The position numbers were made by a program, and so were the translations under genes. A DNA stretch of 64,000 nucleotides from Eledone cirrhosa. Taxonomy: Eukaryota. The stretch covers positions 116,870,001 through 116,934,000 of the forward strand of contig OZ024743.1 of the NCBI GenBank assembly GCA_964016885.1, written 5' to 3'. Position 1 is the stretch's first letter; every line of letters starts with the position of its first letter. The notes under the pieces were generated by a model. The model had not been told where the DNA came from and ran no database searches. It saw only the letters and a list, made by a program, of their open reading frames with translations. This document shows, one piece after another, positions 13,932 to 29,630 of this stretch.

Positions 13932-14002
13932 ATACATACATACATACATACATACATACATACATAGATACATACATACATACATACATACATACATACA
14001 TG

Positions 14003-14330
14003 ATGATGGCTGAAACTCGATTCGAATAATACCATCGTTTCATACTTAAGCATGAACATTACGGACGTGGCTTTTTAGTCCTGCTAGGGTCTTGCATATA
14101 GCCAGCAATGCTATGCAGAATAACAAATGTCACATATCAAGTGACGCCTGTGCTTGAAACTTTTTAAAGTGAGGAAAAGCTTTGCACTGTGTCAATCCCA
14201 CTCTCTGAACATCGAATGCATTTACCCGAAAAGAAGAAATGATCTACATCATTGCATGTAAACGAAGTCGCAGGTTTTATACCAGAGAGACCTTCTCATA
14301 GAGAGATGTCTTAATGAAGACCAGGATTCT
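14003..14330 (-). mobile_element. Old diverged non-autonomous RTE derivative
   Basis: Diverged 3' end plus 5'UTR block (CCCACTCTCTGA..CCCGAAAAGAAGA..GCAGGTTTTATA on plus). Confidence 0.6.
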
Positions 14331-16100
14331 CTCACGGTTGATCACACTTCTCCATAAGCTGGTAGGCTGAGAAAATCATGTCCATATTAATCCACATTGC
14401 TCTAAATGCACACAGGGTGTCAGTAGTGCTACCAGGTCTGATGCATTTTACTAAACGATTCAGCAGGGCTTGGATAGGAATTTTCCTCCCCATTCGATCA
14501 GACACATATACTACTACAGTCACCACATCCAAGATTTCGATCCCTTACACCTGTAAATCGACAGCTGTCTTGGGAGACAAGCTAGCTATGCTATACAGTT
14601 AAAACTAACCCGTGAATGGTCATAGCAACATTGTCACTTCCAAAGTCAATCAGCTTAACAGGTATTCCATCCAAACTTAAAGCTTTGCCGCTGTTTATCT
14701 CTTTGATAATAAGTATTATCTCATCAATGGCTAGATCTTTCATCATCTCTGATACAATAGCTTTTTGCGGTAGTCCATTAATAATGTCTTCATCAACTAC
14801 AGATGGGTTATTAAACACATCTTGAAATTGTACAGTCCACCGATTCATGATTTATGCTTGATCTTTGAGGATTTTTCCATCGTCTGATTTCAATGGCGCC
14901 ACTTTTGAGGCCCAGAAACATTCTGCCTAACACCATTTATCCTTTATTTTCATCTTTAGAGTTTTATATTGCAGTTTTGACGTGGCCTCTTTGAAGGCCT
15001 TCTCACGCGTAGTCCTCACTGGATGCTCTGCAACAAGGCACTTCTCCTACAGCATGTTCTTCTCTGCCAAGTGCATAGTGATTGCAGCAACGTTATCATC
15101 AAACCTGTCTCAGGTTTTTGTCTTTTTTAGACTGAGTACATTTATCCCCAGAACTGTTTTCAAGTTCCATCAAAGACAACGTTGTGATGTGCGTTATGAA
15201 AAGCATCTGGCATTTCTAATCTTTGCAGTTTTGACATATCTATACGTTTTGACATTTGAACCCCTGCTTCCCTCACTTTTACTCTGTTCTACACTTACAT
15301 CTTGCCACTTACAAGTTTGTGGGTTGTACCACATTCTGCACGAAGCATTACTCTTACGTAGCAGATCTCTTGGAGCTCTCTCTACCTGGTGATGATATAA
15401 TCCAAGATATATCTGTGCTTGTAACCATGTAGCCTTGTTGATTTCGTTTTGTAAATAGTATTGCACACAACCATCTCAAACCCAGTACATAATTGCAAAA
15501 AGAGAAAACCATTAGCATTCATCTGGCACATTCTGTAACGTCCTAAAGCACTTAAAATGTGGTCATCGTATCTCACATGTGCATTGAGATCTCGTAATAG
15601 TTTTTGTTGTCAGAATGTTGAATCGATATTATACACCATTGTACATCTTGGTAAAAAGCGATGATTAATTCCTTGGCTACTGAAACGACAATCATGAAAT
15701 GTCCTCTCGGAAGAGGAAGTCAGATGCATAAGTAGATCATCAATGCCTTTTGGTTGCTTTCTGACCTCTGTCCGGACAGCAAAACCTATGCCTCCATTCC
15801 TTTTCTCCCCATTTATTTCCTTTTCCAGAAGAACGTATTGCCAGCACCCCACTCTAATGGATAACCTTCAACATTAAGACGAGTTTCAGAGAGTGCAGCA
15901 ATATAAATATTATACTTGCTCAGTTCACTGCCATCAATAACAATTCTGCATACTGGTTATGTATGTTTCCCTGTCAGGAAGGGTTCAAGTATTCCATGTA
16001 GTAACATTCAAGATAATTCTATTCTTTTGGAAATTCTTCTGAAAATTACAATTCTTCTTGTTTTTCTTTGTGGACAGCCGCAGGTGGCTGATCAGCTTAA
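14330..16100 (-). pseudogene. Degenerate RTE LINE ORF (endonuclease to early RT)
   Basis: Frameshifted pieces: TTWNT, GIGFAVR, NANGFLFLQLC, FNNPSVVDED..SGKALSLDGIP, DMIFSAYQLMEKC, collinear with the 8009-11554 protein. Confidence 0.85.
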
Positions 16101-16654
16101 TAGTGGAACAGACAATGTTTGCGCCATGTTTCCTAGACCTCTCCCAGATTTGGGTGTGCAGCGTTCTCCCTTGAAAGAGCTGCTCAGTCTCAAAAGACTG
16201 CAAGCGAGTTCCTACTCTGAAAACTGGCAACGGTATTTGATAAGCCCTAATGTGCAAGTGTGTAGATTAGAAACTGCATACATGATTCTCATTAGGTCGC
16301 TGCTTCCCCATCGCTGCAAGCCTTTGAACAGATATCTGCACAATGAGATCAAAGTATGATGTGCTTTCGCCACACTCATGGTGCTCTCTTAGTATCAACA
16401 GCTAGAATCCAAAGACAAGCAGATGGAAGATGATTGGTATCTGCATCAACCGTAGGCTTTTTCCAAATGAAATAAATAAAAGAAAAGAATTATTAAAAAG
16501 TTTTAGTTTTGGGGTTTTTTTTTACTATGCATAAACACATGCGCAAAGACCCCCCCCCCCCCCCCCAACACATAAATATTTACACACCCACACAATATGT
16601 ACATATATACATACTATTGTAAGGCCGTTCACTCTTATGAGTTATTTCACTTGT

Positions 16655-16797
16655 TTCAGGTTTTGTCTTTTATTCCGCTGGGTATCCAAAAATTACCCTC
16701 CTCCCGAAGCAAGTTTGGTGGGGTTGCTGGTTTAGTGTCCTACCATGTGACAGGTTGTACTAGGTTACATTTTACCAATAGCACTCAGGAGCCACCA
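16655..16797 (-). mobile_element. Diverged 5' head of the RTE/RTE-derived family
   Basis: TATTGG..CTAGTACAACCTGTCACATGGT..ACTAAACCAGCAACCCCACC; adjacent (TACA)n. Confidence 0.6.
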
Positions 16798-18416
16798 TAC
16801 ATACATGCATATATTCATACATACATACATGCATACATACATACATACATACATACATACATACATACATACATACATACATACATACATACATACATAC
16901 ATACATACATCTACGGACCATTGATGAGGAGTTTGCAGATACAGTATCAAAGATACACCTTCAGTTTCATACCCATCATTTTGGAGCTGCAGGTCATATG
17001 CCACCCTGCTTGGACCAAAGTAAAACTTGGATTTCTGAACAAAGAAACATTTTGGCGATTCAAGGGATGACAATTCTTTTTTTTTTTTATAATCTTGCCA
17101 ACAGGAAGGTGGCCGGTCAAAAATGTACTCGAAATTAAGAGCAAGACAAACATACATACATACATATTGTGGCTATTTATTTTGTTTTTACTTCTATTTA
17201 GGCATTTTTTATTATATTTCTATAATAAAGTTAAAATGTTAAGGAGGCAAACATGAACATTTTAATTCGTTAAAACTAATTTCATTTTTGCTGCGCCTCT
17301 TCAACTTTGTGTAAACTTGTTGACTTTAAACGTATTATACTTAATTGTATGTAGTTTCTGCTTAGTCTAGAAAATACTTTGTATGTGTGCATGTTTGTCA
17401 ATGTGTTTATGAAGTTGAGATTGTGTATGTGTGTGTGAGAAAGTGTATGTGTGTGTGAGAAAGTGTATGTGTGTGACTATATGCGTGTGAGTGAATATGG
17501 TTGCGTGTGTGTGTTTTGTGTCTGTGAGCATGTGAGTGTGCATTTGCGAATATGCTTGTATGTGAGTGTGTCTGTAGAGGTGTATGTATATATGCCTAAC
17601 TCGGTGTGCGGTCATGAGTTTAAGTGAGTGAGTGTGTATGTGAGTGTGCGTGAGTGTGTGTTTTATGTTTGCGCTCGTTTGTGCTTGTGTGAATGTGTGC
17701 ATAACAGAAGCGGTATGTCTGAATATGTGAAAGTGTACACGCGTGTGTATGTGTTATCGGTTGAATATGTGTATGTGTGTGTGTGGCAGATTGGCTGTGT
17801 GTGTGACAGATTCGTGTGTGAGTGCGCACGCGTTTATGTGAGTGTTTATGAGTGTGTGAGAATGTTTGAATATGTGTGTACGAATTTTTGAATATGTGCG
17901 TAACTGTTTGCGTGTATTTGTGAATGTGTGTTTGTGTGTGTCTATGTGTCTGTGTTTGTGTGTGTGACTGAGTATGTGTGTATGAATGTGACTGCTTGGA
18001 AGTATGTACTCGGTTGTTGCTGGGTTATTTTTCCTAAATCATCCTTAAATCATCCAAAAAAGATTGCGCAGTAATTCCGAAATATTTTTGCTTATTTTCA
18101 CTTTTATTTTTTATTTTCATTACGGTATAAGTAAATTGTATAAATGAATGTCATTTATGTTATAATAATTTTTATCGTTACTTTCGCTTGAAGTTGATTT
18201 GGGTTTTTTTTAGTAAATGTGTGTTCATAGAATAAAAACAGTCAGTTATAGTTAGATAGTTACTTCATTGATTTACGATCGTTTCAGAGATTCGGTTGTT
18301 CGATAGAGATCGATGTATCGACTAGCATAGTAGTGGTTAAGTTACTAACTATTTCAAGTCTCGAAATCCCTGTTCAATCGGCCGTCCGCCTCAGAAACAC
18401 TAAACTGATTTTATTT

Positions 18417-20333
<1,917 letters not shown>

Positions 20334-20350
20334 ATATATATATATATACA

Positions 20351-20536
<186 letters not shown>

Positions 20537-22025
20537 CACTCAAAGATATGATATATAAAATATGAAGTGGCAGAACCGTGTAGTATATCCGAATGGTTGC
20601 TGAAACAGGAGAAGGTGGGGTTAAAAATGATAATAAAAAATAGTAAGAAGAGGGAGGAGAATGGGTATTGATATAAGATGCACGTAGATGAATTCTCTCT
20701 AAGTGTGTTGGGGATTTGATGGAGTTGTGTGTGTACCTATTGTCCAATACTATCCGAAAGCGACCGTTTGTGGGGCCATAAATAAGATATTTTTTTAAGG
20801 CAGTCATAAAATGTGGGTAACTTTACCTTGAGGCTGTGTTGATAGCGTGTCTGCGTCTGTATCTGTGGAGGGGAGCTAGGTGGAGACAATTACGATCTCC
20901 ACCTCGGTTCAGAGGGCTTTGTGTATTGATCTTGACCGTGTGATACATTCATAGATACCTATCCACACACACACTCACACACACAAATGCGGATATAAAT
21001 ACGCGTATAGATATAGACCCAAGCACGGATATACCCATAAAGCCGTACGCACGCACAGAGATATGCAGAAATTTCTACCGGTTGAATACGTACTTTGGCA
21101 AGGGGGAAATCTAAACCAGTTGTCGGGGCAGATCAAAGTAGATGTAATCGAGTCTAAGTGGAAAGAACGAAAAAAGGAAACAAACGAAAAAAAGGAAATA
21201 AATTCAGTATGTCTATGTGAATAGATGCGCGCGAGTAAAAAAGGTAATGATAGAGATATAATAAAAGTGAGACTTCTGGTGTCCTCGGCCCTAGGGCTAC
21301 CTCCCTACTCACAACCATAGGCGCTGAGATGGCCAGCCGCAGGTGTGAGCCCCGAGTTGGAGTGGTTTTTCCAGCGCGTTTCCCTTGCCGTCCTCCGGTG
21401 AAACGCCTTCTCCATTCTGTCTGCCGGGGCTGTCTGTGTGTGGCATCGCGTATCATTCCATATTTAAGTATGGTCGACACTTTACACAAAGTCGCAGGTT
21501 CATCTTCGTAATCTATTTGTATATGAAACGTTGAAGAGTTCTAGAGAGGGGGGGATCTCTGTTTATTCCGAGGACTGACAAGTCCGCAATTATCTTCGTT
21601 AGTCTACATGAAATTCTTCCTCATTACAACTACTGGCTCGGACGGTTTTCTCGTAAAATAAGAATGAATAGATATAGACAGATAGACACGCTTCAGAGAA
21701 GCATATGCATAGGGGTTCTAATGGCCACACGGTGACTTGGTTACTGTATGTCAGGTTTCTATGGGCTTGTATTATCGTGGCGTTACGTAGGTGTGTTTGG
21801 TTGGGGATTATGGCTACGTTGGTTTGTAGTATATAAATGCTTTTATGATTTTGTGATTGCTTGATATCATGAGGTCCTGTTTTTTCTTTAGGAGTGGTTG
21901 TTTAGCGGTCATTGCCTTTCATCCTTACGGGGTTTATAAAATAAAGTACCAGTAATGTACTGGTAATTGCTGGCCTTGTGCCAAACGTAGAAACAATTAT
22001 TTGGTATATATATATATATTATAAA

Positions 22026-22210
22026 GGGCGGTGGATTGGCAGTATCGGTAGAGAGTCGAACGCCATGCTTTCCAGCATAAAGTTACGTCCCTTTACGGAC
22101 TAAGTTCAAATCCCGCCGAGGTAAACTTTGTCTTTCATTCTTACGGGGTCGATAAAAATAAAGTACCAGTAATGTACTGAGTAATTACTGGGCCTTAATT
22201 ATTTGGTATA
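22026..22210 (+). mobile_element. tRNA-derived SINE with Meta-domain-like core; partial copies at 21912-22003 and 22258-22336
   Basis: A box TGGCAGTATCGG, B box GTTCAAATCC, core CTTTCATT/CCTTACGGGGTCGATAAAA..AGTACCAG. Confidence 0.75.
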
Positions 22211-22674
22211 TTTCCTGGGAGCAGAGAGGGCACTCACTCCTTTCTCCGTTATATTATTACGGTGTCGATAAAATAAAGTACCAGTAATGCACTGGATAAT
22301 TGCTGGCCTTGTGCCAAAAGTAGAAACAATTATTTGTTATTGTTCTATGCACAAATACATATATGTAAATGACTCTGTAACCCGAATGGATTTTCTTTGA
22401 GGATAACTTAGGCGGTAATCACCTACCACAAAAACTACTGGTCTCACTCTGCCAAATCTTGCTGCAACCATCCTTCCAAAGATACGTTGATTTCTAACAA
22501 TTTTATCAGCACCAGCACAACCAGGTGGACTACAAAGTACCTCTCTCTCTATATATATATATAAATACATGGGTGTGGGTATATATACATGGGTGTGGGT
22601 ATGTGTGTGTTTATGTGTGTGTATACACACACACACATACCCACACCCATGTATATAAGCCCATCAAAAATGAG

Positions 22675-23030
22675 ATTCGGCTGAAAAGGTTCATAGGTTG
22701 ACCTATGCTCTCATATGCTCTCATGGAAAGTGATCAAATGACATTTATTTTTTAAAATAATCCCCAACGCGATCAACAAATTGCTTCCATGGGTGTTGCA
22801 GTACTTGGATCCCATGGGAGAAGAATCTTTCATCCTGTTGCTAAAAAAAGTCATCAACAGCAGATATAAGGTCCTCATCACGGCGATACTGGTCCTAGCC
22901 AAGGATTTTTTTCATGTTGAGTAACAGAAGGTTGTCAGATGGAGCCCAATCAGAAAGGGGAAAGTGATCAACCAGCTGAAAGCCACAGACACACAAAGCA
23001 GCTATTGAAACAAGACCACATTCGTTAGTT
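22675..23030 (-). mobile_element. Mariner (Tc1/mariner) transposon 3' remnant
   Basis: Translates DWAPSDNLLLLNMKK (SPDLAPSDYxLF motif) and GIQVLQHPWKQFVDRVGDYFKK*; TIR-like GGCTGAAAAGGTTCATAGGTTGA. Confidence 0.8.
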
Positions 23031-23519
23031 TGTCTGGGATTTAAATCTTGATATCCTTTCGTAACTGCCTCAACAAATTTGAATAGCACTAACCTTCCGA
23101 TTTTCCATGCATTATGGCGTCGTTTTAAATTTTTAAATGAAAAAGATTTCTCTGACTGCTAGCTGTTGAGTGGTTTGGTGAAGCTTATAATAAGATTTTT
23201 ACTCTTAAATAACTGATTTTGAAAAGTCCTATGATGGGGATAAAACGTTCGTAAATCAACATTTAATGTAAAAACGTATTTGGTATTTACTTTAATGAAT
23301 AATTTGCTTCATGCGTAATTATTATTTTTAACACAATTGGATTTTGTACACATGCTTGTGTTGAAAATTTTTTTAAAGAGGTATGAAACATAGGCTTTTG
23401 TATTGTTTATTATAACAAATTACTGTATTCTGAGGTTTTTGTAACTTTTTGTAACACCTGTGTTTCTTTTCTTTAATTTGTTTTTGTAAAAAACGATATC
23501 TTTTTCATATATATATATA

Positions 23520-25414
23520 TAGTTTCGTTGACAAATATATGAATGTGCTCAGACACACATATATATTGCCCTTGGTATGACAGTGTGGTATTAGCTCAAT
23601 GTAGGAATAACCAAAGAGTGCTTAGAAATACATTGTTTTATTCGTATTTAACAGTGTTTCATCCGTACTCTAAGGCAGGAATCCGTACCCTAAGGCAGGA
23701 ATCATCAGAGCCTATAAACAAGAGTATATCAATAGTTGCATGCTCCATCAAGCTGCATCACCAGAACAAGGTTAAGGGGTTAGCAGGGGGGTCCCGAGGC
23801 CAGCACTATATAGAAAAAGACACAATACATGACGCATATAATGTCATAAAATGTCATAAAAAATGTCATAAAAAATTACATCAAAGATCACATCAAAAAT
23901 TGATCATTTACATGGTGCAAATAGATGATAAGGAGGTTGGGAGAGGGTAGCAAGGAATGAGTGAATTTGTTACTCAGCATGATCAAAAGCAACAAAAAAT
24001 AAAAAAAAATAAAAAAAACGCAGAAACAAAAAACCAAAAATAAAACAAAAACAAATCAAAGCATAGATACATCAAAGCACAAGCAGTGTAAATACACGAT
24101 ATACAGGCAGATTAAGAGATCTTGGAAGCATAAGTCTGTGAGAAGGATAGTCGGTTAGCAGTGGTGCAGCTTTACATGTAGGATTGTCTATAGGAAGATT
24201 ATATCGCCTTGTAACAGGTCGATCCTCCGTATCTTATCACCACCCCACGGACAACATCCATTGGTTCCAGTTTCGAGCGTTAGGCGAAGAAACACTATGT
24301 TTCCAAAACATATACTCCGGGGTTTTATCCGGATAGGCAGTCAGCGATAGACCACTAAAATCTAAAATAAAATAAAGTACGACGAGTTGAAGAAAGGCAG
24401 GGTATATGTAAAGCCGGCACTCCAGTGAGGAAATTGAAAATACGACAGGTCCGCAATAACTGCAATGTCCAAAAGTCCTCACGTTCGGTCAGTTAACCCA
24501 ACGTCCCAAGTGAAATTCACTCTAAGGCCGAATCGGCATCGAAACAAATTGTCATACCGTATACAATTATACCACTGTAAATGTAAATCGTGATCGCTAT
24601 TCCGTCACATAAACAGAAGGTGTGTACAGAGAACTCCGCTTCCAGAATTACCTATGGTAGAGTGAAGGAAAGGCAGATGTGGTTACAATAATAAGCGGAT
24701 TTATTAGAGTGAGTATAAATTTCTGTAGAAAATATAGAAAAGTCACGGCTAAAACTGTCAATGACAACTAAGTTATACATGTCCGCCACGTGGTTTTCGT
24801 GTAGATTACTGAATCCGGAGGTTGGGCTCTATTCACAGTCGAGTGTGACTCCTCATGGGTCGGCCGGAAGTCAATATCTACTGTCGCACACTGCTTTGAG
24901 TGTGGTTCTATCATTCATCATATTTGCAACACAATTCATATTCAGCAATTTTAAAATTTCAAAGGTTAGCCTCTCGCTAGTAACACACAACGGTTGTCAG
25001 AATATAAACACAGGTAGTCATAGTGTGCTTATGAAAAGTATGGGAGGCAATTCGCGTTTAAAGGGCGGATTCATTAGATATCCACGGGATGCTTGAGGCA
25101 AGTCGTTTGTTCGATTCAAACCCCTCGGCGACCAACCACCCCTTCCCCTCGGTGCATGATCGATTCTGGGGCACCCACCCGCATGATTTGCTCGCGTATT
25201 TCACTATACTATATTAAGGTCGAGGCTATCCGGACCCTGGTTGCCCAAGCCAACCGCTTAATAGCTGCGGCGGGGTTTGTTGGGCTTTCAACAGACTATT
25301 AGGCTGTGCTATCAGTTAGCGCACAATAGGTGCTTTTATAAACCGTATCATTATGGTTAGTGTAGCTAGGTGCTTGCATGGGGTCAAGCGGTGCTAGGTA
25401 TAGTAAAAAGGTTG

Positions 25415-25420
<6 letters not shown>
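23520..25420 (-). mobile_element. Degenerate Penelope-like element between (TA)n tracts
   Basis: Hammerhead-like fold on minus at 23643-23715; weak GIY-YIG-like remnant near 24250-24450. Confidence 0.4.
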
Positions 25421-25452
<32 letters not shown>

Positions 25453-25569
25453 CGGAGGAAATGTGGTAAGGAACCAGGTGGACCATAACACACCAAAGTA
25501 CTCAATACTTAAGGTAGTAGAGCTCAGCCGTCGGAGTCCTACTCGTTCCTATATATATATATATATATA

Positions 25570-26342
25570 TATAATAAATGAAGAATTAGAAATAGAAGTT
25601 AGGAATATCCGTCATCAGTTGTCTACTAGCCATCATAGGTATTTCTTCGCATTACAGATAATATACCTCCAGCTAGGGCGATACTATAACTAAAATAAGT
25701 TATTGGGATAAAAAGAGTTGGGTGGAGAAAGAGAGACATGTAAATAAACACGAATGGTGAGGCAACGTAGAGAGGAAAAAATGAAAAAATCAAGTCAATA
25801 ATTCAATTCGAACATAAGAAGGGGCGAATATTGACGAGAAGGTAAAGATACATCTTAGCCGTACCGATGTGGGCGAGGAAAAGGATCTCGTACGGTGTGG
25901 GATGATGGAGGAAGTGAGAGAGAGGGTGAGTAGCAGAGAGTGAGTGAGTGAAAGTGCGAGGAAGAGGCTAGTCGAGTGAGAGTGACTAGCAGAGGTGGCG
26001 AGGGAAAGTAAGATGGAGAAGGAGAGAGAAGGGAGAGAGAGAAAGAGATAGCAGTAAGGGAAGAGAAAAAAGACAGGTCACAGCGAAGGGGAAAGCATAT
26101 ATGAATAAAAATGGCGCGCGGTGTTGCATTTAAGTATAATAAATGAAGAATTAGGAATAGAAGTTAGGAATATCCGTCATCAGTTGTCTACTAGCCATCA
26201 TATGTATTTCTTCGCATTACATGCCTCCATCTAGGGCAATACTATAACTAAAATAAGTTATTGGGATAAAAAGAGTTGGGTGGAGAAAGAGAGACATGTA
26301 AACAAACACGAATGGTGAGGCAACGTACAGAGAGGAAAAATG

Positions 26343-26345
<3 letters not shown>
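25570..26345. repeat. Partial-tandem element: ~215-bp direct repeats (25570-25786, 26135-26345); inverted partial copy at 26850-26930
   Basis: Direct sequence comparison; flanked by (TA)n. Confidence 0.75.
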
Positions 26346-26369
<24 letters not shown>

Positions 26370-26377
<8 letters not shown>

Positions 26378-26810
26378 TAAGAGGAATTCCAACTTTGTCT
26401 GATTTACTCGTTTTATTTACAATCCTTTAAAATATATATAATGGTATTATAATGAAATAGTATGATAGAATATTAAATTCTAAGTGTTAATTGAACAAGT
26501 ACTTTCATGCTTTCGCAATCTTCAGGTTCATGATATGTGGTGACAGTCGAGTTTGCAATTTTCAACACAGTTGAAAATTGCAAACTCGACTGTCACCACA
26601 TATCATGAACCTGAAGATTGCGAAAGCATGAAAGTACTTGTTCAATTAACACTTAGAATTTAATATTCTATCATACTATTTCATTATAATACCATTATAT
26701 ATATTTTAAAGGATTGTAAATAAAACGAGTAAATCAGACAAAGTTGGAATTCCTCTTATTAATATAATCTTCTATACACAATCATACACACCCGTGTATA
26801 TTTACCTATC
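26370..26810. mobile_element. PLE pseudo-LTR fold-back: perfect palindrome 26370-26766 (centre 26568) in (TA)n
   Basis: 197-bp arms, 3-nt loop ACA; contains a hammerhead. Confidence 0.75.
26606..26644 (+). ncRNA. Very small type-I hammerhead ribozyme; mirror copy at 26492-26530 on minus
   Basis: TGAAC-CTGAAGA-t-TGC-GAAA-GCA-t-GAAA-GTAC-TT-GTTCA. Confidence 0.8.
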
Positions 26811-26814
26811 TATA

Positions 26815-26851
<37 letters not shown>

Positions 26852-26978
26852 CATTTTTCCTCCCTGTACGTTGCCTCACCATTCGTCTTTGTTTACATGT
26901 CTATCTTTCTCCACCCAACTCTTTTTATATATTATGGAGTGCTGTTGGCTTTTCGCTGCAGTGTTTTCTATACCTTTC

Positions 26979-27039
<61 letters not shown>

Positions 27040-27040
<1 letters not shown>

Positions 27041-27560
27041 CAATTTGTTGGTAATTCAACAAATATAAATATTTATAACTGATTCAGAGCACTCGACAAG
27101 TTTTCTGGAGTATAATATTAAAAAGATCCTATTATTTACTGAGTATTTTCTTTAAAAATTCATATTTAAATCTTTTAAATGATCTTCCTTCTTAATTTTT
27201 TTATATTTTTACTATTTTTACCATTTGACATTATTTTATTAATGATACTCCTCTAAATATATATTTTTAGATGTAGATTGATAACCTTTAATTGACATTC
27301 TGAGAGTCATCTTCTTTACGATAGTTCTTCGAAATGCACATTACTTTTTTTGTTTCCTCTTCTTTGATCTTCAAACTTTCACACATCTTTTGACTAAAAT
27401 AATATATAATTGAAATTAATCTCACGCAAATTAATATATAATTTTCTCTATATATTTTCTGAGTAAATCTTTCATCAAATTTAACGGTTAGCAAACAAGA
27501 TTCCTTTTAAATCGAGCAAACATAAACATTATATTTCGTTTCTGAATTTGTTTAGCAAGA
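27040..27560 (-). mobile_element. Fragment of the PLE family also found at 44300-45945
   Basis: 27040-27120 is the reverse complement of 45855-45930; 27250-27500 matches 44660-44870 inverted. Confidence 0.55.
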
Positions 27561-27589
27561 TTCTTTATCTGAAAATGTGTGTTGAAACC

Positions 27590-27870
27590 GATATTCTTAT
27601 ACTTTGGGAGGGTCATGTTGCCAATAAGAAATACACGCACCAGATGTTTTCACTTCAATTTATTATAATAATTTTATAAATTTAGGAATTTATAAATTTC
27701 CGGTTGGCTGGTTGGTTCCACAACCAGATGATTGTTTATATATTGTCAAAGTTCTTTTGTCACACATTCTGTGACCTCTTCAGTGACTGGGGATATTTTC
27801 TTTGTTTTTGTGCCTCTCCTTTGTTCTGTCCTACGCCATCTTGTTTTTTTTTTAAATAAGTAAGTGAGTT
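27590..27870 (-). mobile_element. Solo PLE pLTR, same family as 36500-36745; hammerhead 27745-27787 with GAAA mutated to AAAA
   Basis: Reverse complement of 36510-36785. Confidence 0.75.
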
Positions 27871-28198
27871 AATTACTATAATTTTCTTATTTACATCTTT
27901 TATATATTAAAGCCCGGCGTTGCTCGGGGTCAGTAAGTTACCAAAGTTAGGTTGCACCACCCATTTTATGGCAGCACTTTTTTGTCTGCCAGGCACTGGG
28001 TGAATGAATTGCAGACCTGGACTGCCGAAGCAGGAGCTGCGCCAGCAGTGACAATTGTAGTTTCGCCTTTGGATATTATCTCTGTGCAAAGAAGTGTTGA
28101 AATTTATCGTTTCACAGTACTTGCGCAACACGCGCGTAGACGATGCCAGCCGAACAATAGAGCTGCGATGGAGTTGTTCTGCATAGTTGTCTAATGTG

Positions 28199-28380
28199 TG
28201 TTTTCTAAATTTAAGACAGTAGGGAGGGGTGTGATATGGGGGAGAGCTAGCTGCTATTTCTAGCAGGTTTAGTGACCTCATAGAGGATATGTTTTCTAAA
28301 TCTAAGACAGTAGGGAGGGGTGTGATATGGGGGAGAGTTAGCTGCTGTTTCTAGCAGGTTTAGTGACCTCATAGAGGATA
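28199..28380. repeat. Two-copy 91-bp tandem repeat inside a probable Helentron/HINE-like element starting near 27907
   Basis: Units 28199-28289 and 28290-28380; upstream motif CCCGGCGTTGCTCGGG. Confidence 0.6.
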
Positions 28381-28581
28381 TTATTGTGTATAGTAAATGA
28401 ACTGATACTTCTTTCTTCCACGTTCGTTGAGAGATGTTTTAAAAAAGATTTATCGCTATTTTTTGTTGTTGAATAAATTTATCTGTTGCTTTTGAATAAT
28501 TGTTGTTTCGTATGAAATGTAATAGGTTCTCTTTGTCATTGAAGTAAATAAATGTTTGACCGTTCCACACTCAAAAACAAA

Positions 28582-28633
<52 letters not shown>

Positions 28634-28948
28634 CTCACTCTCTCTCTCTCTCTCTCTTGAAATTTGTAAGTTTAAGCGTATATAAGTGAAAGTTGCAGCA
28701 TGTATGTAGTTATATCGAATTTTAAGGGGAGTAGAGAGAGGTAATCAGATTGTATTAGAGGGATAAAGCGTCATATATTTAGTTTTATCGATTATTTCCG
28801 TAATTGTGGGTGAGTTTGAATGAAATAAATAGTCGTTCACCTAAGTTAGACCATTTACAACATTCTTACAGACTTTGAGTCGAATCGGTTTCAGATTTTG
28901 CAAATGTATAAACATGGAACATGCACACACACACATACACATACATAC

Positions 28949-29056
<108 letters not shown>

Positions 29057-29067
29057 CTGCCTTTTAT

Positions 29068-29255
29068 AGATAATTGTTTCTACTTTTAACACAAGGCCAG
29101 CAATTAACCAGTACATTACTGGTACTTTATTTTATCGACCTCGTAAGGATGAAAGGCAAAGTTAACCTCGGCGGGATTTGAACTCAGATCGTAAAGGGAC
29201 GTAACTATGCTGGAAAGAATGTCCGACCTTGTACCGATACTGCCAATTCACCATA
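29068..29255 (-). mobile_element. tRNA-derived SINE (same family as 22026)
   Basis: Reverse complement of the SINE consensus, including B box and core. Confidence 0.75.
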
Positions 29256-29537
29256 GGTAATGATATATATATATATATGATTTCCTTCAAATGAAACAGT
29301 TCTAGGCCTGCAGAAGCCATTGCTATATTAAACGTTATATACTCTACTATGTATTGAGTTAACTGTCTCTGATAGGCAGGCATCTCAATGAACATTCTGG
29401 CATCTGTAATAATTTAAAAAAAACATCAATAGTATAGCTACCAGGTCGAATGGTAACTAATGTTACACTGTTTACTTAGTATATTACAAGAGTTATTCCC
29501 CTTGTTTAATCGCATTGATTTTATTATTGTATACATT

Positions 29538-29630
<93 letters not shown>

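Noticed and set aside
22026-22120. tRNA gene
   Set aside because: A/B boxes present but no cloverleaf; it is a SINE head
25590-25625. CTGATGA on minus as a hammerhead core (also at 26177)
   Set aside because: Short hairpin follows but no GAAA or stem I in either copy
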